Below the pieces are notes generated by a model. It saw only the letters and a program-made list of their open reading frames with translations. It searched no databases and was not told the origin of the DNA. A stretch of DNA of 60,301 nt from an uncultured Planctomycetota bacterium. GTDB taxonomy: Bacteria; Planctomycetota; UBA1135; GCA-002686595. Every line of letters starts with the position of its first letter. Position 1 is the first letter of the stretch. Both the position numbers and the translations under genes were made by a program. The stretch is taken from the NCBI GenBank assembly GCA_903892045.1, contig CAITGX010000275.1:1-60301 (forward strand). Direction: 5' to 3'. Below are positions 19,301 to 26,711 of the stretch, piece after piece.

Positions 19301-22190
19301 CCGCGTCGTCGATGCAACCACGCACAACCTCGACCACGTCTCTGTCGACATGCCGCGCGACGCGCTGGTCGTGATCACGGGCCCCTCGGGCTCGGGCAAG
19401 AGCTCGCTCGCGCTCGACACGATCCACACGGAAGGCCGCCGACGCTTCGTCGAGTCGCTCTCGACCTACGCACGACAGTTCCTCGGGAACCGCGACAAGC
19501 CGCCCGTCGATCGCATCGAGGGACTCGGGCCGTCGGTGGCCGTCGAGGCGAGCACGTCGCGCGGCCATCCGCGCTCGACCGTCGCCACCACGACGGAGAT
19601 CCACGACCACCTGCGCGTCCTGTGGGCGCGCGCCGGGACTCCGCGCTGCCCGACGCACGGGCTCGAGCTCGCCAAGGTCGATCCGGCTCGCATCGCGCGC
19701 GACGTGCTGAAGCGTCACGCCGGCGGCAAGGGCTGGGTCGTCGCACCGGTGCGCGGTCCCGGCCTCGGAACGGATACGTTCGACAAGGAGCAGCTCGACA
19801 AGCTCGTCGACGCTTGGAAGGCCGCGGGCTTCGTGCGTCTGCTCGTCGACGGCTCGGAAGTCCGTCTCGACGGCAAGCTGCAAAAGCTCGGGGCCGAGGC
19901 GCGCGTCGACCTCGTGATCGACCGCCTCGGCTTCGCGCCGGACGCGCGCGCGCGCATCGCCGAGGCGGCCGAGCAGGCGGCCGCGCAAGCGCACGGCCGC
20001 GTGAGCATCGTCGTCGCCGGAGGCCCGCGACTCGAGTACTCGACGCAGGGCGCCTGCCCCGAGTGCGGCCACCGGCTCGAGCACCGCCTCGACCCGCGGC
20101 ACTTCTCGTTCAACACGCACGCGGGCGCCTGCCCCGAGTGCGACGGCCTCGGCTCTTCGAGCCGCTGCGATCCCGCGAAGCTCGTCCTGCACGAGGACCG
20201 CTCGCTGCTCGAGGACGCGCTGCATCCGAAGTTCGCGCGCTACCTCGTCAAGGGCAAGGGCTACTACGAGCACCTGTTCCTCACCGTCGCGCGCACGCAC
20301 AAGATCAAGGTCGAGCTCGCCTTCGGCAACCTGAGCAAGGCGCAGCAGGACCTGCTGCTGTTCGGCAAGGGCTCGAAGCCGCGCTACGAGGTGAAGATCG
20401 AGCGCGAGAGCATGAACGCGGAGATCTCCGAGCGCTTCACGGCCGACTGGCCGGGTCTGTGCGGACACATCGACGCCTGGCATCGCAAGACGGAAGACGC
20501 GGAGTGGGCCACGCTGCTCGAGCAGGTCATGACCACGGTCACGTGCCCGACCTGCGAAGGCGAGCGCCTGATGCCCGACGCGCGCCACGCCGTCGTCGCG
20601 GGCGTGCGCATGCCCGAAATGGCGCGCTGGTCCGTATCGCGCTCGCTCGAATGGCTGCGCAAGCTCGCGCTGCCGGCCTCGACGCGCGAGGGCGTGGAGC
20701 AGGTGGTCGGCGAGCTCGTCTCGCGCCTCTCGCTGCTCGAGCGCGTCGGTCTCGGCTACCTGACCCTCGACCGGCCGACGCACACGCTCTCGGGTGGCGA
20801 GGCGCGGCGCGTGCGGCTGTCCGCAAACCTCGGCTCGCAGCTCGTTGGCGTCTGCTACGTGCTCGACGAGCCCACCGTCGGCCTGCATCCCGCGGACGTC
20901 GAGAAGCTCACCGGCGCGCTGCTCGAGCTGCGCGCGGGAGGCAACAGCGTGCTCGTGGTCGAGCACGACGAGAGTCTGATGCGTCGCGCGGACTGGATCG
21001 TCGACATGGGCCCGGGCGCCGGTCGCCTCGGCGGCAAGGTCGTCGCCAGCGGCACGCCCGCGGAGATCGAGGCGCATGCGAGCTCGCTCACGGGCGCCGC
21101 CCTGCGTGGCGAGCTCGCCCCCGCGCGCAGCGCCGAGCGCGCGAGCGGACGCGAGAAGCGCGCGAAGATCCGGCTCGTCGGCGCGACCGGCAACAACCTG
21201 AAGAGCGTCGACTACGAAGCGCGCTTCGGCTCGATCAACGGCGTGTGCGGGCCCTCGGGTTCCGGCAAGAGCACGCTGGTGCTCGACACGCTCGTGCCCG
21301 CGCTGCGCGGCGAAGGGCCCGTGGGGCGCTGGCGCAAGCTCGAGGTCGGTATCGAGTCGCCGCGCGTCGTCGTCATCGACGCCTCGCCGATCGGGCGCAC
21401 TCCCGCGAGCACGCCCGCAACCTACACGGGGCTGCTCGAGCCGATCCGCGAGCTCTTCTCGCGCACGCCCGACGCGCGCATGAAGGGCTACGGACCGAGC
21501 CACTTCTCGTTCAACTCGCCCAAGGGGCGCTGCCCGGCCTGCGAGGGCAAGGGAGCGACGCTGGTCGAGATGCAGTTCCTCGCGGACCTGTGGCTCTCGT
21601 GCGACGAGTGCGGCGGACGGCGCTTCGCTCCGGAAGTGCTCGAGGTGCGCTATCGCGGCAAGAACGTCGCGGACGTGCTCGACCTCTCCGTCGACGAAGC
21701 GCTCGAGTTCCTCGACGCGCACCCGCGCGCCGTGTCGATCCTGCGCACGCTCTCCGACGTCGGCCTGGGCTACATGTCGCTCGGCCAGAGCTCTACGACG
21801 CTCTCCGGCGGCGAGGCCCAGCGAGTCAAGCTCGCCGGCGAGCTGTTCCCCGGCGAGTCCACGGGCCCCGCGGCGATCATCCTCGACGAGCCCTCGACCG
21901 GCCTGCACGCCTCCGACGTCGCGCGCCTCGCGCGCGTGCTCGGCCGACTCGCGGACGAAGGCCACGCCGTGATCCTGATCGAGCATCACACGGGACTGCT
22001 CGCGGCCTGCGACGAGCTCGTCGAGCTCGGTCCCGCGGGCGGCGAGGCCGGCGGACGCGTCATCGCGCGCGGCACGCCGGAGGAACTGTCCCGCGATCCG
22101 CGCTCGGTCACGGGGCCCTTCCTCGCCACCGACTCCGCTTCCCGCAACTCGCCCCCCGCGCGCCCCGGGCGCGTCGAGGTCCTGCGATGA
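16386..22190 (+). CDS. uvrA: Tandemly duplicated UvrA (two complete excinuclease ABC subunit A units in one 1934-aa polypeptide)
   Basis: ORF 16275..22190, with the ATG at 16386 just before IRVRGARVHNL. Unit 1 runs to about 19250 and unit 2 from about 19290. Four Walker A motifs (GVSGSGKSS, GVSGSGKST, GPSGSGKSS, GPSGSGKST). Four ABC signatures (LSGGEAQR x2, ISGGEAQR, LSGGEARR). Four Walker B motifs (LDEPS/T.GLH). UvrA zinc modules (CPKC..CPGC, CPQCEGLG, CEAC in unit 1; CPTH..CPEC, CPECDGLG, CPTCEG, CPACEGKG in unit 2). Confidence 0.9.
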   Translation: MQRQEDVRPQAAATSAIRVRGARVHNLHGVDVDIPRNELVAITGVSGSGKSSLAFDTLFREGQRRFLETLSAYARQFLGRMEKPDVDSIEGLAPAIAVDQAAASSSPRSTVGTLTEIFDHLRVLYARAGRPHCPKCNVPLQSLTPESIVQQALELYEGKAVNVLAPLIRDRKGQHEEVLEGLKRRGLIRARVDGTIVRIEEAPKLERYVRHTIEAVVDRLRPEREQPTRLREAVENALELSGGDVIFAPSEEGLPERAWSTSRNCPGCGADTPPLEPRLFSFNSPHGACPQCEGLGLRRQASESRIVRDASLSIREGALAVSSKSGTSLNYPPVDFDFLEQVAASFDFDLDTPWKDLPRSARRVILHGAGDERFEDDFSWNGAKYQGSIKWQRRFKGVIPALEKAAAGGKATASAFFTTAACEACAGTRLKPAALAVLFGGASLRELLNLSIRELEPRLEKLELSAREARIARDLLAEVRRRTEFLRQVGLDYLTLARGADTLSGGEAQRIRLAAQLGSALQGVLYVLDEPSIGLHARDHAQLLHALQRLRDGGNTVVVVEHVEATLRAADHIIDVGPGAGRNGGHIVARGTPQDVARADSPTGRFLRGELSMPAPAQRRTGNGEFLEIEGARAFNLKGVDARFPLGTLCVVSGVSGSGKSTLVNRILQPVLAAHLEREGDEPGEHTRVRGLERVGDMVAIDASPIGRTPRSNPATYTGVFDPIRDLFAALPESRVRGYTKSRFSFNVEGGRCEACGGAGSKLVELQFLAPVTVPCDECGGERFQSETLDVRYKEKSIADVLALTVEEALELFKDHPKIARPLQAMADVGLSYLTLGQPSTTISGGEAQRIKLVTQLQKRAREHTVYLLDEPTTGLHPQDIARLVGALQRLVDAGHTAIVIEHNLDVIRAADHVLDLGPGGGDAGGELVASGTPEQLMRNKRSATGAALRGEHAVARKQQLGRGEHVPSDRIRVVDATTHNLDHVSVDMPRDALVVITGPSGSGKSSLALDTIHTEGRRRFVESLSTYARQFLGNRDKPPVDRIEGLGPSVAVEASTSRGHPRSTVATTTEIHDHLRVLWARAGTPRCPTHGLELAKVDPARIARDVLKRHAGGKGWVVAPVRGPGLGTDTFDKEQLDKLVDAWKAAGFVRLLVDGSEVRLDGKLQKLGAEARVDLVIDRLGFAPDARARIAEAAEQAAAQAHGRVSIVVAGGPRLEYSTQGACPECGHRLEHRLDPRHFSFNTHAGACPECDGLGSSSRCDPAKLVLHEDRSLLEDALHPKFARYLVKGKGYYEHLFLTVARTHKIKVELAFGNLSKAQQDLLLFGKGSKPRYEVKIERESMNAEISERFTADWPGLCGHIDAWHRKTEDAEWATLLEQVMTTVTCPTCEGERLMPDARHAVVAGVRMPEMARWSVSRSLEWLRKLALPASTREGVEQVVGELVSRLSLLERVGLGYLTLDRPTHTLSGGEARRVRLSANLGSQLVGVCYVLDEPTVGLHPADVEKLTGALLELRAGGNSVLVVEHDESLMRRADWIVDMGPGAGRLGGKVVASGTPAEIEAHASSLTGAALRGELAPARSAERASGREKRAKIRLVGATGNNLKSVDYEARFGSINGVCGPSGSGKSTLVLDTLVPALRGEGPVGRWRKLEVGIESPRVVVIDASPIGRTPASTPATYTGLLEPIRELFSRTPDARMKGYGPSHFSFNSPKGRCPACEGKGATLVEMQFLADLWLSCDECGGRRFAPEVLEVRYRGKNVADVLDLSVDEALEFLDAHPRAVSILRTLSDVGLGYMSLGQSSTTLSGGEAQRVKLAGELFPGESTGPAAIILDEPSTGLHASDVARLARVLGRLADEGHAVILIEHHTGLLAACDELVELGPAGGEAGGRVIARGTPEELSRDPRSVTGPFLATDSASRNSPPARPGRVEVLR

Positions 22191-23962
22191 TCCGACCCGA
22201 CAATCCGCTGATCGTGCAGAGCGACCGCTCGCTCATGCTCCACACCGTGCGCGCCGTGGTCGACGCCAAGGGGCACCCCGTGCGCGACGCGCAGGGCCAG
22301 CCGCTGACGGAAGAGCACCCGCGCTTCGCGGAGGCGCGCGACGCGCTCGCCGGCTTCGCGGAGCTCGAGAAGAGCCCCGACTACCTGCACACCTACCGCA
22401 TCACGCCGGTGTCGGTGTGGAACGCGGCCGCGCTCGGCCTGACGGTCGAGAAGATCCAGCAGGTGCTCGACGAATACTCGTGCGTGCCCGTGCCGCGCCG
22501 CGTGCTCGAGGACGTCAAGGGCTGGATCACTCGCTACGGCCTGCTCAAGATCGAGCGCCGCCCGGGTCCGGATGGCAAGGACGCCTTCGAGCTCGCGAGT
22601 GCCTCGCGCGAGGCACTCGATGACGTGCTCGGCCACGAGGCCGTGCGCAAGCTCGTCAAGCTCGATGCGAGCAAGCGCGTGTGGGTCGATGCGCTCGATC
22701 GCGGCACGATCAAGCAAGCACTGATCAAGATCGGCTACCCCGTCGAGGACCGCGGCGGCTACGTCGAAGGCGACCGGCTCGAGTTCACGTTGCGGCCGCA
22801 CACGCGTGGCGGGAAGTCCTTCGCCCCGCGCAGCTACCAGCGCATGGCGGCCGAGGCGTTCCACGCCGGCGGCAGCGTGGTGGGCGGCAACGGCGTGATC
22901 GTGCTGCCCTGCGGAGCCGGCAAGACCGTCGTCGCGCTCACCGTGATGAGCCTCGTGCAGGCCAAGACGCTGATCCTCACCACGAACACCGTCGCGGTGC
23001 GCCAATGGCGCGAGGAGTTGCTCGACAAGACCACGCTGCGTCCTGAGGACGTCGGCGAGTACACGGGCGACAACAAGGTCGTGGCGCCGGTGACGATCAC
23101 GACCTACCAGATGCTCACCTGGCGTCGCGCGAAGACGGAGACCTTCGAGCACTTCGAGGTCTTCGGCAAGCAGAACTGGGGCCTCGTGGTGTACGACGAG
23201 GTGCACCTGCTGCCGGCGCCGGTGTTCCGCGCCACCGCGGAGCTGCAGGCTCGTCGGCGTCTCGGCCTCACGGCCACGCTGGTGCGCGAGGACGGCAAGG
23301 AGGACGAGGTCTTCTGCCTGATCGGTCCCAAGCGCTTCGACATGCCGTGGAAGGTGCTCGAAGGCCAGGGCTTCATCGCGACGGCGACGTGCACCGAGGT
23401 GCGCGTGCCGCTCGATCCGGGCGCGAAGCAAGCCTACGTCGCGGCGGGGGCGCGCGCGAAGTTCCGCGTCGCCAGCGAGAATCCCGCGAAGCTGCGCGCC
23501 GTGCAGCGCATCCTCGAGCGGCACGCCGGCGCGCACGTGCTCATCATCGGGCAGTACATCGAGCAGCTCGAGGAACTCGCGCGCGAGCTGAAGGCCCCGC
23601 TCATCATGGGCAAGACGCCCAACTCCGAGCGCGAGCGCCTCTACGCGCAGTTCAAGTCGGGCGAGCTGCGAGTGCTGATCGTTTCCAAGGTCGGCAACTT
23701 CGCCGTGGACTTGCCGGAGGCCAACGTCGCGATCCAGGTCAGCGGCACCTTCGGCTCGCGGCAAGAGGAGGCCCAGCGCCTCGGCCGCATCCTGCGCCCG
23801 AAGAGCGACGGGTCCGCCGCGGCCTTCTACTCGATCGTCACGCTCGGCTCGCGCGACCAAGAGTTCAGCGAGAAGCGCCAGCTGTTCCTCACCGAGCAGG
23901 GCTACTCCTACGAGATCATCGAGGCCGCGGCCCTCGAGCCGCGCACGGAGGCTGCGCGATGA
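22187..23962 (+). CDS. XPB/ERCC3/Ssl2-type SF2 DNA helicase/translocase
   Basis: 3' part of ORF 19622..23962. The ATG at 22187 overlaps the UvrA-UvrA stop (ATGA). Motif I LPCGAGKT. Motif II DEVH. XPB-specific RED motif in GLTATLVREDGKE. N-terminal domain typical of XPB (damage-recognition-like domain). Confidence 0.88.
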   Translation: MIRPDNPLIVQSDRSLMLHTVRAVVDAKGHPVRDAQGQPLTEEHPRFAEARDALAGFAELEKSPDYLHTYRITPVSVWNAAALGLTVEKIQQVLDEYSCVPVPRRVLEDVKGWITRYGLLKIERRPGPDGKDAFELASASREALDDVLGHEAVRKLVKLDASKRVWVDALDRGTIKQALIKIGYPVEDRGGYVEGDRLEFTLRPHTRGGKSFAPRSYQRMAAEAFHAGGSVVGGNGVIVLPCGAGKTVVALTVMSLVQAKTLILTTNTVAVRQWREELLDKTTLRPEDVGEYTGDNKVVAPVTITTYQMLTWRRAKTETFEHFEVFGKQNWGLVVYDEVHLLPAPVFRATAELQARRRLGLTATLVREDGKEDEVFCLIGPKRFDMPWKVLEGQGFIATATCTEVRVPLDPGAKQAYVAAGARAKFRVASENPAKLRAVQRILERHAGAHVLIIGQYIEQLEELARELKAPLIMGKTPNSERERLYAQFKSGELRVLIVSKVGNFAVDLPEANVAIQVSGTFGSRQEEAQRLGRILRPKSDGSAAAFYSIVTLGSRDQEFSEKRQLFLTEQGYSYEIIEAAALEPRTEAAR

Positions 23963-26061
23963 GCGAGTCGCCGACCTCGCGGCCGGCGGACGACGGGGCG
24001 GCGCGCGCGCCGCTCGCGCGACCGAGGCTCGCGGACCTGCTCGGCACGCTCGGCGAGCGCGAGCTCGGCGACCTGTACCTGTTCTGGGGCGGACCCGACT
24101 CTCCGCCGCCACCGGCGGACCTCGCGGAGCGTCGCAAGGTGCTCGCGGCCTGGATGAGCGCGGGCGAGGTCGCAGAAGCGCGCTTGCAGGGGCTCGGACG
24201 TCGCCCGCAACAGGTGCTCTCCATGTTCCTCGACGCGCAGGGGTACATGCACAGCACCGCCGAGCTCGGCGACCACCGGCTGCTGGCGCACCTCTCGCGC
24301 TATGAACTCGACTCGTGCGTCCAGGCGCTGGCGCGCTGCGGCGCGCTGCTGGAGGTGCCCGACCGGCGCTCGAAGGCCGCGGGCGCCAAGGCTTGGGTCG
24401 TGCCGATGGAGCTCGGCGACGGTCTCCTGCGGCAGCAACGCGCGAAGCGCCGCGGGGTGTTCGACCTGCTCACGCTGCGCGGCTTCCTCGACTGCCAGTA
24501 CGACGACCCGGCTCGCGGCCGCCGCATGACGCCGACGCGCCTGCGCGAGATGTACAAGATGTACTCCAACGAGGCCGCCTCGCTCGCGCGCGTCGAGCGC
24601 CTGCCGGACGACGTGCGACCGCTGGTCGAGAAGTGCATCCTGCAGTTCGGCGGGCTGCTGCCGCGCGCGCTGTTCGAGCGCCTCGAGGATGGCTCGGGAC
24701 CGTGGAATGGCGGGCGCTGGAAGCAGGTGCTCGAGGAGAGCCTCGTCGGAACGGTCGAGAAGCTCGAGCTCTCCCGCTACGGCATCGCGCACGCCGACGA
24801 CACGCTGGTCGTGTTCAACGAGATCGCGCTGGCGTGGCTGCGCCGCGTGGCGGTACCGGGCGACCCGGACGCGCCGCACTCCGAGCACGGACTCGGCGTC
24901 GATCTCGTCAGCAACATCTCGCGCTTCATGGGCTTCCTGATCGAGCACAACGTGCGCTTCACGGTGCGCGGCGAGATCTTCAAGACGACCGAGAAGCGCA
25001 TCCTGCAGGACCTGATCCCCAACCCCGGCCGCGAGCTCTCGCGCGCCGCCGTGCTCGACTTCATCTTCGAGTTCACGCGCGGCATGGGCCTGATCGAGTC
25101 GACCGGAGAGCGCACCTTCGCGATCGCCGCCGCAGGCCGCGACTGGGAGCAGCGCCCGCTCGAGCAGAAGCTGCACACGCTCGTCGAGTACGCCACGGAG
25201 GAGCGCGACGTCGCCGGCGACTGGTACCACCAAGTGCGCCTGCGCCGCATCTTCATGCGCCTGATGAAGCGCATGGAGCCGGGCACGTGGTACGACCTGA
25301 TGTACCTGCCGTTCCTCTCGCGCAACACGTACCTCGCCGGCCTCGACCAGCTCGCGGTCGACGAGTACTTCGCGACGCGCTCGCAAGGCGCGAGCTGCGC
25401 GCCGATGGAGGACCCGCAGCGACTGGCGTGGAACCTCGCGCGCTGGGTGCGCCAGCGCCTGTACCTCTTCGGCGTCGTCGAGCTCGGCTACGACCGCGCC
25501 GGTCGTCCGGTCGCCATGAAGCTCACGCGCTCCGGCGCACGCCTGCTCGGCGTGGTCGAGCAGGGGCCGGGAGCCGCTCCGCTCCTCGGCAGCCTGATCG
25601 TGACGCCCGACTTCGAGGTCGTGCTGTTCCCGACCGGCGACGACGCGGCGCTCGTGCACGAGCTCGACCGCTTCTGCGAGCGCGAGCGGCAGGGCGAGAC
25701 GATGCACTTCCGCATCCACGAGCGCTCGGTGCAGCGCGCTCTGTCGGAAGGCATGCTGCTTTCGCGCATGCTCTCGGTGCTGCGCCTGCAGTCTCGCACG
25801 CCCGTGCCGCAGAACGTGCTGTTCTCGATCCGCGACTGGGCGGGACGCGCGGGCGTGCTGCACCTCGACGCTTCGCTCGTCCTGCGCGGCGACGACCCGG
25901 ACACGCTCAAGCGCTTCCAGAGCGACGCCGGGGTGAAGAACTTCGTGCGCGAGGTGCTCGACGAGCGTCGCCTGCAGCTGAAGAGCCGCTACGCGCCCAA
26001 GCGCTTGCACTCGCTGCTGCGGGAGTTCGGCTACAAGGTCGAGCTCGACGGCGTGCAGTGA
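23959..26061 (+). CDS. XPB-associated protein, p52/Tfb2-like (C-terminal domain paralogous to the XPB N-terminal domain)
   Basis: 3' part of ORF 23347..26061. The ATG at 23959 overlaps the XPB stop (ATGA). C-terminal about 110 aa (LIVTPDFEVVLFP...MHFRIHERSVQRALSEGMLLSRMLSVLRLQSRTPVPQNVLFSIRDWAGRAG) aligns by eye with the XPB N-terminus (LIVQSDRSLML...HTYRITPVSVWNAAALGLTVEKIQQVLDEYSCVPVPRRVLEDVKGWITRYG). It also resembles the eukaryotic Tfb2/p52 pattern (ETNF.VYAY...ITRESV..AL..GI). Confidence 0.6.
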   Translation: MSESPTSRPADDGAARAPLARPRLADLLGTLGERELGDLYLFWGGPDSPPPPADLAERRKVLAAWMSAGEVAEARLQGLGRRPQQVLSMFLDAQGYMHSTAELGDHRLLAHLSRYELDSCVQALARCGALLEVPDRRSKAAGAKAWVVPMELGDGLLRQQRAKRRGVFDLLTLRGFLDCQYDDPARGRRMTPTRLREMYKMYSNEAASLARVERLPDDVRPLVEKCILQFGGLLPRALFERLEDGSGPWNGGRWKQVLEESLVGTVEKLELSRYGIAHADDTLVVFNEIALAWLRRVAVPGDPDAPHSEHGLGVDLVSNISRFMGFLIEHNVRFTVRGEIFKTTEKRILQDLIPNPGRELSRAAVLDFIFEFTRGMGLIESTGERTFAIAAAGRDWEQRPLEQKLHTLVEYATEERDVAGDWYHQVRLRRIFMRLMKRMEPGTWYDLMYLPFLSRNTYLAGLDQLAVDEYFATRSQGASCAPMEDPQRLAWNLARWVRQRLYLFGVVELGYDRAGRPVAMKLTRSGARLLGVVEQGPGAAPLLGSLIVTPDFEVVLFPTGDDAALVHELDRFCERERQGETMHFRIHERSVQRALSEGMLLSRMLSVLRLQSRTPVPQNVLFSIRDWAGRAGVLHLDASLVLRGDDPDTLKRFQSDAGVKNFVREVLDERRLQLKSRYAPKRLHSLLREFGYKVELDGVQ

Positions 26062-26702
26062 TGCGGCTGCCGCCGCCGATCCTCGCGCTCTCGCCGGGCA
26101 CGCTCGCGTCCGCGGATGCGCAGGCGTTCGTCGCACGCGTCGCGCGCTGTCGAGAGGCCGGCCTGCGCGGCGTGATGCTGCGCGAGCCGCGCCTGTCGGA
26201 TCGCGAGTATCTCGCCCTGGCAAAGGCCCTGCGCGATGCACTGCCGCGCGAGGACCGCGGCTGGCTCGCGCTGCACGACCGGCCCCACCTCGCCGCCGCG
26301 TGCGAGGCCGATGCCGTGCACTTGGGTGGGCGCTCGCTTCGTCCGGCGCTCCTTCGCGCCTGGATCGAGCCGCACATCGCGCTCGGACTCTCCACGCACG
26401 CCGCGGACGACGCCGAGAGTTGGTCGGGCGCCGACTATCTCGTGCACGGTCCGGTGTGTGCGACGCACAAGGGTGACGCCAGCATCGAAGGCATCGGCTT
26501 CGAGGCCCTCGCTCGCGGCGTCGCGCGAGCGAGCGTTCCGGTGTGGGGGCTCGGCGGGCTCGGTCCTGAACACGCCGCAGCGCTCGTGCAGGCAGGCGCG
26601 AGCGGACTCGCCGTGCTGAGCGGGCTGCTCGCGCGGCCCGATGCGGAGTACCGCGCCGCCGAGTACGCGCAGGCATGGCTGGAAGCGGCGCCCAAGGCGT
26701 AG
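26061..26702 (+). CDS. thiE: Thiamine-phosphate synthase
   Basis: 3' part of ORF 24315..26702. The ATG at 26061 shares one nt with the upstream stop (TGATG). TIM-barrel ThiE-like pattern (VHLGG, GLSTH, DYL..GPV, VPVWGLGG). Confidence 0.8.
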   Translation: MRLPPPILALSPGTLASADAQAFVARVARCREAGLRGVMLREPRLSDREYLALAKALRDALPREDRGWLALHDRPHLAAACEADAVHLGGRSLRPALLRAWIEPHIALGLSTHAADDAESWSGADYLVHGPVCATHKGDASIEGIGFEALARGVARASVPVWGLGGLGPEHAAALVQAGASGLAVLSGLLARPDAEYRAAEYAQAWLEAAPKA

Positions 26703-26711
26703 GATCGCGCC

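Noticed and set aside
25990-26100. Expected TPP (THI-box) riboswitch in front of thiE.
   Set aside because: thiE overlaps the preceding ORF by one nucleotide and the upstream sequence is clearly coding. No CUGAGA...ACCUGAUCUGGAUAAUGCCAGCG-like element is present.
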